Shown: positions 1 to 11,981, counted from the first letter of the whole stretch. The stretch is 60,114 nt of DNA, filler included, from Piptocephalis cylindrospora (GCA_003614145.1; 8 parts of 8 records of this genome joined end to end with filler, not necessarily neighbours in it); one strand, 5' to 3'. The notes: generated by a model from the sequence alone, not told the origin. Numbers and translations: made by a program.

Positions 1-1193
1 GTCACATAGATTCGTAAATTCCGAAGGGTACCCTCAAGTCGAGTCCTAGATTCCCATCCTCCCTTGATCTTACCGCCATGATATCTTCCCAGGCCCTTTC
101 CCTCTCCAAGCCCCACAACCACTCGGACACACTGTTCAGTATCCCCAGGAATGACCCTGGTATAAGTTCCGGCAAGATTCCGAGCCCGAACACGTAGCAT
201 GACCCGGTGGAAGGGAACCTTTGGTAAGGCCCTCACTTCCTCGTGATCAGATGGTTCCGATGGAGGGTCCTTTGGAGGGGGGGAAGGGAGTTCTTGGAGG
301 AGATGGGTCCAGCCCTCAAGGTTAACTTTCCAGGAGGAGAGACCAATGGAAAGACCAAGTTCACGCTTCTTAGAGCCTAGCATTCCCACATCGGCGTGTC
401 CACGGTACCATATAGAAGAAGCGGTGAGGAGGGGGGAATCTCCTCCTCCTCGACCCATCAACCAAACAGCATCATTCTGGGGACTATCGAGACCACGCCA
501 TTGGACCGAAGAGTCTTCCAAGTCAAAGAACCCACACTGTTTGATCCTCCTGTCTGGACATTCTCCCTCGTACCCATGGAGATAGTAGACATTCATGCCT
601 CGAAGGCAGATATCCACCAGAGAGGTAGGAGTCCTAGGAGAATCATGAGGAAGAAAGACTTGGCAGTCTAGTTGTTTACATGTTGCGTGAAGGACCCATC
701 GATGGGGCTTGACCACAGGTGTCTGGGGAAAGCCATCATCTCCATCAATACCATACCCCTCTTCTGCCTCATAATACTCACTTTCCCCACCGCTGGCTAT
801 GGACCCCTCCTCACTCTCCCTTCCATCCAAACCTTGACTAAGTGGATAGGGAGGAGACGTCCATTCCTGGCCAGATCGATCATCTACCCTTTCATCCTCA
901 ACAGTCACAGAATGTCGGGGAAGCATGTGATCCACCCATTTTCTCACCCTCACAGTCCAATCATCATCTGCTGCTGATCCCAGTGACACAGCCCTGACCT
1001 GAATGCGGCCTACTCCAATGTCCAGGACATACTTGGACCTCTCAAGGCCTCTTTGCTTAAACCACAGGAGATTCTCCTCCTCCACCTCACTTTCTTGATC
1101 TCTTCCCCCACCCATTCCCCCAAATCGAAGTTCCTCCTCGGTATCCACAGGGATCCGACCCAAATCTCGGTCCTCCCCCCCTTCATCAGCCCC
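1..1193 (-). CDS. Large exon of an ATG2-like (VPS13/ATG2 lipid-transfer family) protein; 3' end runs off the window, 5' structure unresolved
   Basis: My own translation gives an uninterrupted minus-strand frame from a CTAG acceptor (~1194) to base 1; it is absent from the ORF track because it has no stop. It includes EEENLLWFKQRGLERSKYVLDIGVGRIQV, resembling the ATG2 central EE-x-F-x-R-x-S-x-L motif, and an FFAT-like SEYYEAEE. Upstream intron GTATGT(1296)...GCTAAT...CTAG. Family call is from motif memory only. Confidence 0.5.
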
Positions 1194-2080
1194 TAGCTCA
1201 ACTTTTTCCATTAGCTACCCTTCCCCCCCCCTCCCTTTTCATCAAACCCCCCCCCTGTCCTTTCTCCCCCCCCTCCCCCCCCCCACACATACATACCCGT
1301 ACACGCGTGGTCAGGGATGGGTTGGGTACGCGAGGGTGAGGGTGAGGGCGAGGGCGAAAGACTGGGAGGGGTGACGGAGAAGGGAATGATGGCATTGAAG
1401 TGGTAACTCCGCCCTTTACACCCATCATACAGTGAAGGGCGGCAAAGAGTTGATGTGTTGTTGAGAAAGATGGCTTTTTAGATCATGTTGTATCCATAGT
1501 CTTCCCATGGTTCTCAATCATCGCCATCAGTCACTTATTCATGCGTTAGAATGGAGAAATGACAATAGGGAGAAGTTTGAGTGGCATGTCTGCTATAAAG
1601 AATATCCATTTAGGTGAGAAAGAGCCATCCGAAGTCATGTGTAATCGCTTCTTGCTGTTATTGTCTATCGTGTGTATGACGATAATGAGTTCGGGCTACT
1701 CCCCTAGTTTATCATATAATAACAGTAGTAATAGCCAAGGAATCCCACCCAAGGACACTTGATATGTCAACTTACCTCCCCTCACCTCCATCACCCATAC
1801 ATTAGAGCCATATAGGAAAACAAATAGTCATCCTCCTACACAATAAAGCATACCAAGGTTAGATATCTGCTATTGGAGCAAACAGTGTATGTCAGAAGGT
1901 TCAGATGGATATGTTCTTGATGATCGAGGGAAGACGGAGAGAGGAGACCCATGAGCCCTCCTCTTTCTCCCCCTTAGTCCCTCGTGTGATCATTCAAGAT
2001 CAAATACCCATCCCCCCTTTCACCACACAGCCTGATGATATTGGCCCCGAGGAAAAACAAAAAGGTCCATCCCATGCGCT

Positions 2081-2918
2081 TTAGTCGACCTTACGGCGGA
2101 AGGAGCAGCCCTCAGTGAGGCGGGCGCGGCCTCCTGTGGGCTGGCACAGGACAGTGGCGCAGGAACCGCAAAGGACGACGGTCTGGGCGTGGGAGAAGAC
2201 GGTGGTGATGTTGAAGCAACCGGGGCACTTGACGTCCATGAAGTAGGAGTTAGGGCTCTGCACAAGACGCTTGAGCTTGTGAGTGCTCCTCTCGTGTTCC
2301 TGGCTGGGGTTAAGGAGATCGACGGCGAGCTATATAGAAGAATGGATGAAGAAGTGTGAGTATAGTGATTGGGCGCCAGAGGAGGGGAAATACATGGGGA
2401 TAGGGTACATCCAGGAGTACAGTTATATCCATAAACAGCGACATTTAGGACAGGATCATCACGTCAAGGCCTAGGGAGCCATCACAGATCGGTTAGGGAT
2501 GTCCTAGATGATCTGATCAGTGTTTCGAGAAAAATCCTATAGCTCCCTTTCCACATGACATGTCTCATTCAGCCCAATGAAGTTCTTTCGTTCCAGCGCT
2601 GATCCTGATCATCGTCCAAGAAGCGGCCATGGAGGGAAGATGGGAGAATCAGACCCATCATCGTGATCTGATCTCATCCCCTATTCTCCCCCTCAAGTCC
2701 ATCCATCCATCCATCCATCTGTCCCATCCGACCTTGATAATACCCTTACACCTGGTTCAGTCGTCCCGATCTTAGTCGTCCACCCCCTCATGCTCTATCC
2801 ATCCATCCTCCCTCATACCCATCCATCCATCCATTCATCCATCCATCCATCCATCCATCCATCCATCCATCCCCTCTCATATCCGTAAACCTCCTATCAC
2901 CCAGATACTTACGGCCAT
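2081..2918 (-). CDS. RPS27: 40S ribosomal protein S27 (eS27)
   Basis: Exon 1 ATG GCC (2918-2913), GTAAGT intron 2912-2330, exon 2 2329-2081: [84 protein letters not shown], with the C2-C2 zinc finger. Confidence 0.97.
2698..2872 (-). repeat. (GGAT)n tetranucleotide microsatellite tracts in the RPS27 intron
   Basis: (ATCC)n runs on the + strand at ~2698-2720 and ~2797-2872. Confidence 0.9.
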
Positions 2919-3553
2919 AATGGATTTTCTTTGAAAGGTGCGTTTCGAAAGGACTTGTTCGGATGGAAGGACCTATCAAGGAAAGGAGGACGCGGAGAAC
3001 AACAACAACGAACGACTGCGTTTACGCGTAGCAGAGAGAAAAGGAGGGGTCAAAAGCACTGACTAGGATCTCACTGACAGGGGAGTGGTCCTAGGCGAGT
3101 GGTGCGAGGGGAGAGGGAGTGTGCGTGTGTGTGCATGTGTGTGTGTGTGTGCCTCTCCCTGTATGTGTGCATTCCAACCAAATAGCAGTGTATAAGCTGT
3201 ATATTTACAGTGCCATACTCTATGACACTACTTGCAAAGGTTACAAGCGCATTGTATTAGGTCCGACTCCTCCTAATATGAGTGTTCCTGGTGAGTTGAC
3301 AAAGGACCATAGCACATAAGCTTGTCAGAAAGTAGGTGTTTATCTGGTCGTGTGCGCTTCCTCCAGCAGTCAGTTCATCATAGGTGACCATCATATCGTT
3401 AAAGTCCAAGCCCAAAAGCACGATGATCTGGTGATATAGTATAAGAAAGAATGTCCACATAACATTTCCATTTAAATCAAGCAAGAACCATCAATGCATA
3501 AAATTATCCATATACCATCCCTTCATAGCTTATTCACTTCAAAATGATCAAGA

Positions 3554-6434
3554 TTATAAATGACTCACCACCCTACCCTTTCCAGCATTCCCAATATCAT
3601 TGAATAGGATCTCCAGGGCCTCGTGTACGTGGGAAACGTAAACGATGGTAAGATTTTCTTGGACCTCAGAACCAGCCTCCTTGACATCAGGTTCATTCTT
3701 CCGGGGAATCAGAACCCTCCAGACTCCAGCACGCCTGGCACCAAGGAGTTTTTCCCGGATACCTCCGACAGGCAGGACCTCCCCACGTAAGGTAACCTCG
3801 CCAGTCATGGCCGTGCCCACATCCACCCCTGGGCCCCCACGCATCATGGAGACTAGGGCCATCACCAAGGCTAACCCAGCACTTGGACCATCTTTCTTGA
3901 TGGCTCCAGCAGGGCAATGGATGTGAATGTCATAATCCCGTTGATGGCGCTTCCCCAATAGGCTAGAGTGATCCGAAAGGCCCAGAAATGCAGGGGGCTG
4001 TGACTTCACCCAGGAAAGGGCAATCTTGGCGGATTCCTCCATCACATCTCCAAGCTGCCCGGTAAGCAGGAGCTTCCCTTCCCCTGGCATACGAACGCAT
4101 TCAATGAACATGATCCCCCCGGTCCCACTGTGATGGTAGGCCAATCCCGTGACCAGGCCAGGGGACGATTCCCTTGCCCTAACCTCTTCATCAAACCTTT
4201 TTGGCCCGAGGATCTCCTCAAGATCCGAAACGGAAATACCCTTTGGATCTTTGACGGAAGAGGAGCCCTCCACTTCGGCGACGGCGACGGATCGACATAG
4301 GGCGGCAATGCACCGTTCAAGCTCTCGTACCCCGGCTTCTCGAGTCCAGCCCCCAACAAGGGCCTCCATGACCTGAGATTGCTGATGAGGGTGGAAGACC
4401 CTTTCGGCGGCCAGACCATGTAAGGCCAGTTGCTTGGGTAGGAGGTGGGTCAGCCCAATGTTCACCTTTTCTACCAGAGTGTACCCGGGCAGGTGAATGA
4501 CCTCCATACGATCCTTGAGGGCCTCAGGGATGGTTTCCTCCCGATTGGCCGTGGCGATGAAGAGGACTTTGGAGAGGTCAAGGGGAAGTCCGAGGTAATG
4601 GTCGGTGAATGTACCATTCTGCTCCGGATCCAAAACTTCCAGGAGAGCCGAGGCTGGATCGCCCCTATGGGATTCCGTTCCCACCTTATCAATCTCATCT
4701 ATTGAAGGGAGATGACAAGTCATTTGCGGGTTTAGAGAGGTCTCTTGTACACAATTATCTCAGTTGGTTTAAGGGCAAAGGGAAAAAAACTTACCAAGTA
4801 GCATGATGGGATCCTTGGCTTGACACCGACAAATCTCCCGAACAATGGTACCGGGCAAGGAAGAGACGTAGGTACGTCGATGACCCCGGATCTCGGCTTC
4901 ATCTCGGACACCACCAAGGGAAACCCGAGAAAAGGGGCGTTGAAGGGCCTTGGCCACACTTCGCCCCAGACTGGTCTTGCCTACCCCAGGGGGGCCGATG
5001 AGACAAAGGATGGGAGCTTGCATAGGAGGGGCCTTGGGGTCTTTGGGGTCTCGATCCTGGGTTGCCCTAGATCGAAGTTTCAGGACGGCAAGATACTGTA
5101 TGATGCGTTCCTTGACTCCCTCCAACCCACAATGATCCCCGTCCAGCTGGGATCGGGCAGTGGAGAGTTCCATGGCGTTGAGGTAAGCCTCGCCACCCGT
5201 AGATTCTTTAAGCCAAGGGACTTGAAGAAGCCAATCCAAATAGCTTTGAAGCATTCCCCGCTCCATCGAGACGGGAGATAAGCGAGTGAAGCGAGTCAGC
5301 TCCTTTTCTGCCTCCTTCCTCACATTGACAGGGAAATTGGCCTCTTTGATCCGACGGGCTAATCCTTCCTCATCACTTTCGGGTTCAGTATGAGCCGGGG
5401 AGGATGGGCGTGAAAGAGAAGAAGAGGAGGGAAGAGAGGAGGATGGAGAAAAATTATGCTCGTATGGAGAATCATGGATTTCCTTACTTTGGGATGATGA
5501 GGATATGTTGGGGGGGTTTGGGATGGATTTGAGCTCCCGGAGCCTAGCCTGAAGCAACTGGTTGATATGGGTGAGACGAGAGGAAAGACTACGATCTATG
5601 AGAAGCCCGTGCATCTCTTGGAAGTCCGGTTCAGAGATTCCAGCCAGGACGTCGGCCAAGCAAGAGGTGGCTTCCAAGGGGGCCTTCTTAGAGGTGGGGG
5701 ATCCTTGGGTGGCGGAGAGCGAGACGAGACGGCCGATGGCCCGATAAGCCGTGGTGGGGATGAGCTTCAGGATGGTGAGCCGATTCAAGAGGGCTTGGGA
5801 GGTGTCGTACAGTGCATCTCTCTCCTTCTTGATCTGCTCTAGACTGGTCAGGGATTCGTCCGTGAAAGGTACTGTCCGAGTGATGGTGATGGGTCCTTCC
5901 TGGGTAATTTGAGTGATGATTGCCCTCTCAACACCTACGAGGGAGGGTTGGTGTAAGGTGAGATGGGATGAAATGAGGTGGGATGAGCGGATGGAACGAT
6001 CATATGCCCTTCCTGCCCCCATCTCTGCCTCTCTATCCCCCCCCTTTCATCACAAGACCGTGAAGCGCATAAGAACGGAGCTTACCTTGAAAAACACAAA
6101 GGTAATTCCCGGTGGTGGTCGTGCCAACATGCTTCAATAGGGAAGGCGGAGGAGGCTGATGGGTCAGACGGACGAGGCGAGCCATGCATCCTACCTGACC
6201 GACCACAGCCTCTGGCGAGGTCATGGTAGGGCTGGTATTCTCAGGAGGATTGGTAAGATAGGGAAAGCACAAGGCTGAGTGACCCCCGGTCTTATCCTGA
6301 GTGAAGAGGGCCCTTAGGACGGGGTCATCCTGAGTAAGGGTAAGGGTGAGGAAGAGTCCGGGAAGGAGGACCTGGTTCGGGATGGGGATGATGGGAGTGG
6401 AGGAGGAGATGGGGGGTTTTGAGGAGTTGGGCAT
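3554..6434 (-). CDS. LONP2: Peroxisomal Lon protease (LONP2-type)
   Basis: Three exons (6434-6086, 5934-4795, 4698-3554). Lon N-domain, Walker A GPPGVGKT, RGHRRTY, LLDEIDK across intron 2, catalytic KDGPSAG and GGIREK, C-terminal PTS1-type SHL. Confidence 0.93.
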
Positions 6435-7504
6435 CTTGGAAAGAGGTAAGGAGGGAGGAGAGGAGGAGGAGGAGGAGGAGAAAGGACAGGGATGTGATTT
6501 GAGTGAAAAGGAGGGGATGAGGAAAAGTGTAATGGAGGAAAGTGGGAAGGAAGGGAAGGGGTGGTGAAAGACAAGTCCGGATGTGACGTTTGTAAGTGGT
6601 GGACCAAAGAGATAGTGCCTCTATTTAAGCGGAATAGCTTACTGCCGGCCCACCACTGTCACATGGAGATGTACATGCGTGTGGGAGAGAGTGAGGGAAA
6701 GTGTGGGGCTCAACGCCACGCCATCGCCTTAAGGAGTGGAGGAATCTAGGTGGCCTCCCACTTTAAGGATGTATGAGATATGGAAGGGCATTGCCGTGGA
6801 GACAGGAGGGATAAAAGGTTATCAAGTATTGCCTTGATCCCCCTACCTGTGCCTTCGTGGATATCACGAGTAAGGCCTTTGAATAACGTATGAGATAGAG
6901 GAAACGTAGCCCATCAGTATCTGAGCGCAATGAACGGGGTTTAATGAACGGGGTTTAGGGCATATGGAAAACTATGTGAGCATGTGGGCATAGTTTTCTA
7001 GTTACACTCTACTTTTATTGGAAAAAGGGAGACCCAAGATGAGACTTGGGAGTGGTTGACATGTAAGGATTGGAGGTACTGGTTGGTTCAATTCATGCTC
7101 CTGGCTTTCTCCATGTGAGTATAGATGGACAGGCGCTATCTTCAACGACGCTAGTAGTAGTAATGTCTGCGTCTTTGCATGGGGCCTTCCCCTGTTCTTT
7201 CGCTTAGCGCTCGCCTGATGTGATAGTACAATTGGGAATGATGAGTTTAGAGGAGGCTTCCCTAGTGACCTATAGCACCGTCTCTTTCCCGCTCCTTTGA
7301 TGGTTCTGATGCATTTTTCATACGGACTTTGGAATTTGATCGGGGTATGAAATGGAGATGGATGTTGGTGTAAACGAAGCCCATATATTCTCACACGGAC
7401 TTCTGAGTCCTCTTACTTGCCCTACTCCATCTAGCGCCTTTTTGGGGATGGGGGGGGGGGGAGAACTGGGGTTCGTTTTGTGGGGCCTTCGCCCCCTTCT
7501 CCTG

Positions 7505-7604
7505 NNNNNNNNNNNNNNNNNNNNNNNNNNNNNNNNNNNNNNNNNNNNTTAATTAATTAANNNNNNNNNNNNNNNNNNNNNNNNNNNNNNNNNNNNNNNN
7601 NNNN
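7505..7604. other. Artificial contig spacer (N44-TTAATTAATTAA-N44)
   Basis: Identical 100-nt linker with stops in all frames, repeated seven times in the window. Confidence 0.98.
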
Positions 7605-7999
7605 GATGGAGAGGAAGGCGAGGATGGTGGAGAGGGAGACGAGGATGGTGGAGGGGGATGGGGAAGAAGAATAGGGAGGATGGATAAGGACCTAGACTTT
7701 GCCAAGATCGAGCACAAGCCTAACTTGGGAAGGAGGACGCTTCGCTTGGAAGGACAGCGGAGTTGATCGTGATAAAGGGCTTGAAAAGGGCAATTTTTGC
7801 CAATTATGAACGTGTCATTTTAAAAGTGACGCTCTCATATAATGAAAAGCTATTCAAAAATTTATAGAAATCGGGAGGGAGAAATCCAACATTTTTCCAT
7901 TTGTAAAAGATGTGGTAAACAGGGATTCTCGAGGGGGGAAGAAGGATCCAAGGGGCTTAACTGCACCGTCCTTCACTCCTCTCCTCCCTCACATATATC

Positions 8000-8383
8000 A
8001 TGTCCTTCCTTTCGGCGACAGCAACACGACTAGGTCAACGTCCTCTTACCCAGCGATTAGGTGGGATCCTTCTCCAGGGAAAAAGCACCATTTCTAGTGT
8101 GGCTAACAAGGAGGGAGATGTCGCCCCCAACAAGTACTTTCGCGTTACAATGCACCGTTCCCCCATTGGACTTCCCTTCAAAGTACGAAGGACCCTGGAG
8201 GCACTGGGACTGGGAAAGAGGTCATCGGTAGCTTATCTCCCCTGTAACAAGTCGTCCATTGGATCGCTGCTCAAGGTTAAGGAATTGGTCCAGGTGGAGG
8301 CCACTCAGGAGATTCGACCCAAGAGACAACGTGTAGCTAGGGGCTGGACTGTCCTGGGGAACCAGTTGAACCAGAGTGCTTAG
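8000..8383 (+). CDS. MRPL33: Mitochondrial large-subunit ribosomal protein uL30m (yeast MRPL33-like)
   Basis: Basic presequence-like N-terminus, then YFRVTMHRSPIGLP...TLEALGLGKRSSVAY...GSLLKVKELVQVE (L30 fold). Confidence 0.88.
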   Translation: MSFLSATATRLGQRPLTQRLGGILLQGKSTISSVANKEGDVAPNKYFRVTMHRSPIGLPFKVRRTLEALGLGKRSSVAYLPCNKSSIGSLLKVKELVQVEATQEIRPKRQRVARGWTVLGNQLNQSA

Positions 8384-8479
8384 GAGCTTGAATGATAATA
8401 CAACGTATGATGCTATAAAGGATAGAGTAGCACAGAGCACATATTCATCTCTCAAATCATGTATACCCCCTCGCTCCCA

Positions 8480-8995
8480 TCACCGAAGAACAAGGATGTA
8501 GTCCTCGGGGACGAGGCCATCTTGGCCACTCGCCGAGACAATAAGCCAGCCGGCACATTGTCGATACCGAATCCACACATCCTGACCCTCAGTCACGGAT
8601 CTCTCATTGTCATTCTCGGCGGTAAAGTCGTACAGGGCCCGTCCAGGGCCGGTGAATGCATCCTCTCGGTTTGGGTCTACACCTTCGCTTAGTGGGGGCA
8701 CTCGACCCACATCGGATGGGGCTCTTCGGTGTGCATGCGAGGAAGAGTCAGGTGGGGAAGGAAGACCGTGTCCCGAGAATCTGGGATCATCCTCCGGGTA
8801 GGCCCAGTCTCTGATGATGATGGGGGTAGAGGAAGGGGAGGAGGCGACATTGGCGGGTCCACTCGTAGGCCTGGTCTCTTCCCTCTGGATGGAGGCTTTG
8901 TAGAGGAGGGAGAATGAGCGGATATATCGGACACACAAGTGATCAGAACCTAGACGTACTGTGATTACTTGCTGTGGAAGAGGTCTGGGAGTCAT
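8480..8995 (-). CDS. Small SH3-domain adaptor, NBP2-like
   Basis: IRDWAYPEDDPRF motif typical of fungal Nbp2 homologues. C-terminal SH3: RALYDFTAENDNE...GWLI...GLVPEDYI. Start and possible 5' intron uncertain. Confidence 0.72.
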   Translation of the reverse strand: MTPRPLPQQVITVRLGSDHLCVRYIRSFSLLYKASIQREETRPTSGPANVASSPSSTPIIIRDWAYPEDDPRFSGHGLPSPPDSSSHAHRRAPSDVGRVPPLSEGVDPNREDAFTGPGRALYDFTAENDNERSVTEGQDVWIRYRQCAGWLIVSASGQDGLVPEDYILVLR

Positions 8996-9740
8996 CTTGA
9001 AAGGACTCCGAGGCTCTTGAGGGGGCTTGAGCCGTAGTGGATGCAGTGGGTGTTGATGCTATCGGATGGGATGGGACGAGGATGAGACTGAGAGTGGGCC
9101 ATACTCCATAACCCTCCCCCTCCGTTACCTATCGTGGGCATATTCAAAGTAAGAGAGGGCGAGCGCGATACTGCAAAGAAAGGCCGGGGACAAGATGAAG
9201 AAGGGGTTCCAAGTGTGGCGTAGTGAGGAAAAGGAGATGAAAGAAAGAGGGGGGAGGTACACAGAAAGGCAAGCTGGATCAAGGTGATGGGGAATGAAGG
9301 CCGAGATGGATGGGCTGAAACTCCCCGCCGCCTTCCTTTCTCCATTGAGCTCTCTTCCCCCATTCACATTGTGTCTATGAGGGCTTGATAAACTGGACTG
9401 GGTAGGCAGGAGGGAAAGGCCCCATACCTCCTTCATGCCAAGCCGATGGAGATGAGACGGGGCGGCCACCTGTCTCATCATTTGCATAGCCTGAGGCTCG
9501 GCTTTCCCTCACTTGGTCAATAAGGAGTGTGAAATATTAGATGAATTTCAACACGCCTTTTAGTGAGAGGGCCGAAGCTAACTTTTTTCCAATTTTTCCA
9601 TCTCATTTTCATCGGATGAATCGTGGTAGTAGCAGTTGGCCACCCTGATCTCCCTCTCCACAGACTGACCCTCTCCATGTGGATCTGAGACTGAATCCCA
9701 AGGGGATCAAGGTCCGAGACGTATTGTTTGAAGGGAATGA

Positions 9741-10901
9741 GTGAGCATTACTGTTGTTGCTATCATTGTTGCTGGTGACTCCGGTCCTCCTTTCTTCATC
9801 CCTCCTTACATGATCACCCTCACTTCCCTTCCAGTCACTGTATCCGACTACCTTGAGGCTCAGCCTGTAGAGGCTCACCCGGCCATTGTACAGGCTTTGC
9901 TGGCTCTGGCCGTGGATGTCCTCAGGACTGGGGAGGTGGAGGGGCAGGATGGGGGATCTGGGCCTGACGGGGAGTGTCGACCTTACTCGGTCTATCCAGA
10001 TTGGTGGGGGGAGAGGCCATCTTCTCGAGGAAAAGAGAAGAAGATTCGATGGGTTTGTACGGATCCCACTCAAGGACCATGGGCATGTGAGTACTTTGCG
10101 TCATTGGAAGGAGAGGGCAAGACTTACGAGGTATTCTATCATTTTTCCTTCCATTGGATAGATCCACCAAGGAAGGTGGATAGGTCTACCCAAACCACCT
10201 TATCCCCCATAACCCCCATGGCCCAGTCACCATCACCACCTCACCCTCCATTGCCGCCGGCCATATACTTTACCATCCCATCCAGGGCTGAGGATGGGGC
10301 CAAGAAAAAGGAGCAGGGAGTTCAGCCACCCACCAAAAAACCAGGTATTATCTCATACCATGAGGAGAGGGCTCATACACGTCATCATCGACGACACTGT
10401 CATCACAGACATCGATCAGATAAGGCTGATACCGCTAGGGATGATCCCCCGTCCCAAAGACATTCCCTTCCCACGGTCAAAATCACTTCTGGAACGAGTC
10501 CTACTCCCTCAATCGGACTTACCCCTAGGGTGAGCCCCACTCCATCCATCAGAGTTACCTCTAGAATGAGCCCCACTCCATCAATCAAGACTTCTCCATC
10601 CATATCTAGTCTTGCTGAAGAAATGCGGTCCAAGAAAGTGCATCTTGATGAGGCAGACACCACTCATTCCAGTCTTTTTTCCACCACCAAGGATCCACAC
10701 TCTGTCTACTCCATCTCCTCCTCCTCCTCTTCCTCTTCTTGCTCGTCCAACCATCCAAGTAGGACCCATCAGGATGAGGATGTCATTGGATTGGTTCGGT
10801 CCATGTACAGGACCGGTTTGCTCAACTCCCCATCCCCATCGCCCATATCTCCATCCTTGGCGGGGAGGGGAAGGAACAAAGGAAAGGGGCTGATAGAATA
10901 G
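9741..10901 (+). CDS. Hypothetical protein with Ser/Pro/His-rich disordered C-terminus; 5' exon structure unresolved
   Basis: 386-codon ORF with no family recognised. Contains three SPTPSI repeats. Confidence 0.5.
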   Translation: MSITVVAIIVAGDSGPPFFIPPYMITLTSLPVTVSDYLEAQPVEAHPAIVQALLALAVDVLRTGEVEGQDGGSGPDGECRPYSVYPDWWGERPSSRGKEKKIRWVCTDPTQGPWACEYFASLEGEGKTYEVFYHFSFHWIDPPRKVDRSTQTTLSPITPMAQSPSPPHPPLPPAIYFTIPSRAEDGAKKKEQGVQPPTKKPGIISYHEERAHTRHHRRHCHHRHRSDKADTARDDPPSQRHSLPTVKITSGTSPTPSIGLTPRVSPTPSIRVTSRMSPTPSIKTSPSISSLAEEMRSKKVHLDEADTTHSSLFSTTKDPHSVYSISSSSSSSSCSSNHPSRTHQDEDVIGLVRSMYRTGLLNSPSPSPISPSLAGRGRNKGKGLIE

Positions 10902-11216
10902 GCGGGTCAAAAACCCATTTCCCGAATCATCCACAGAGAAAGAATAAAATGTGTATGGTGATGTGGACAAGGAAAGAAAAAAAGGAAAAAGAGAGAGAGG
11001 GTAAAAGGGGGGAGGGGTAGGTGGCACACATACAAGACTAGGGGACAGCAAGGGAGATAATCATATGGGGTAGGGGAGGGAGAGGAATTGGCATTAGATC
11101 ATGGTAAGGGGGCTGGGATGTAGGGATCAAGAGCTGCACAAGCACCCTATGATCCATCCTCATTCCCGTTGCCATGAAAAAAGAGGCAAAAAGACCTCCT
11201 CTCAATTCCCCCCTAC

Positions 11217-11981
11217 TCAGAGAGAGCTGGCATCCAGACTGGAGGAATCCCCTTGATGAGGATGGCCGATGCGGGAGAAGAAGGATTCAGCCTCTTCAAG
11301 GGCTGAATCAAATTCATCCCAATCCGTGTCAAGGTGGGCGGATGATGATACGGTACCCTCGGAGACATGTCGACGATCTGGACGTAGGGTTGAGGCAGAA
11401 GGGTCCCTCCTGGCCGGTCGATGGCTCGGGTGTGCGGGCGCGCAATTCACCTCTTCCTCGATGGAGGTGGCAACGGCAGCAGCAGCAGCCGATTTTCTCG
11501 CCCTCATTCTATCCTCCACTTCACGCAACATCTCCTGGTCCCTGGCTGAGGAAGTCATGGGGGAGGAGGAGGGTACCGTGGAGGAGGGCTTATGAAGTCT
11601 GACCTTGGGGATGACCTTGGTGTCTGTAGACTTGGTCAAGGTAGCTTGGTCAGGCCCGGTAATCCAAGCAGCACCAGATCCAGCAGCCACTCCTAGAAGG
11701 ATAGCAAGGATGAAGAAGCTAATGATGGGAAGGGCAGCCCAGGAGAGGCTGATGACAAGGGAAGAGGGCTCGTAAACGGCAATACGAAGGATAAAGCCGA
11801 TGAATCGGGTGAATGGTCGGGTGAAAAAGGTCACCACGGTCCATACAGCCAGAAGAAGGCCGTAAAGGAAGCTCCATAACAGGGAGAGGATAGATAAGGA
11901 GGCCCTTTGCAAGGCCGGGGGCGATGTGGCCTCTGGGGATGGGGATGAGGTAGCGGTAGAAGATTCAGCCTGAGCCGACAT
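11217..11981 (-). CDS. Hypothetical membrane protein
   Basis: ATG at 11981 (MSAQAES...). Two long hydrophobic stretches followed by a hydrophilic tail, 254 aa. Confidence 0.6.
   Translation of the reverse strand: MSAQAESSTATSSPSPEATSPPALQRASLSILSLLWSFLYGLLLAVWTVVTFFTRPFTRFIGFILRIAVYEPSSLVISLSWAALPIISFFILAILLGVAAGSGAAWITGPDQATLTKSTDTKVIPKVRLHKPSSTVPSSSPMTSSARDQEMLREVEDRMRARKSAAAAAVATSIEEEVNCAPAHPSHRPARRDPSASTLRPDRRHVSEGTVSSSAHLDTDWDEFDSALEEAESFFSRIGHPHQGDSSSLDASSL

Noticed and set aside
2505..2615. Possible box C/D snoRNA in the RPS27 intron (minus strand CGATGA...CTGA with GATGATC/GATCATC complementarity)
   Set aside because: Box C is imperfect and I could not recognise an rRNA-complementary guide. 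It would need snoscan or Infernal.
6929..6960. 14-bp tandem duplication AATGAACGGGGTTT x2 ending in a telomere-like TTTAGGG
   Set aside because: Only two copies and a single telomere-like unit; no array or element structure.
7002..7504. 130-aa ORF or possible transposon remnant at contig end
   Set aside because: No transposase or RT motifs, no terminal repeats and no coding-like composition.
7549..7560. Regularly spaced TTAATTAATTAA palindrome as a biological repeat or array
   Set aside because: Always centred in N44 flanks; an artificial all-frame-stop linker.
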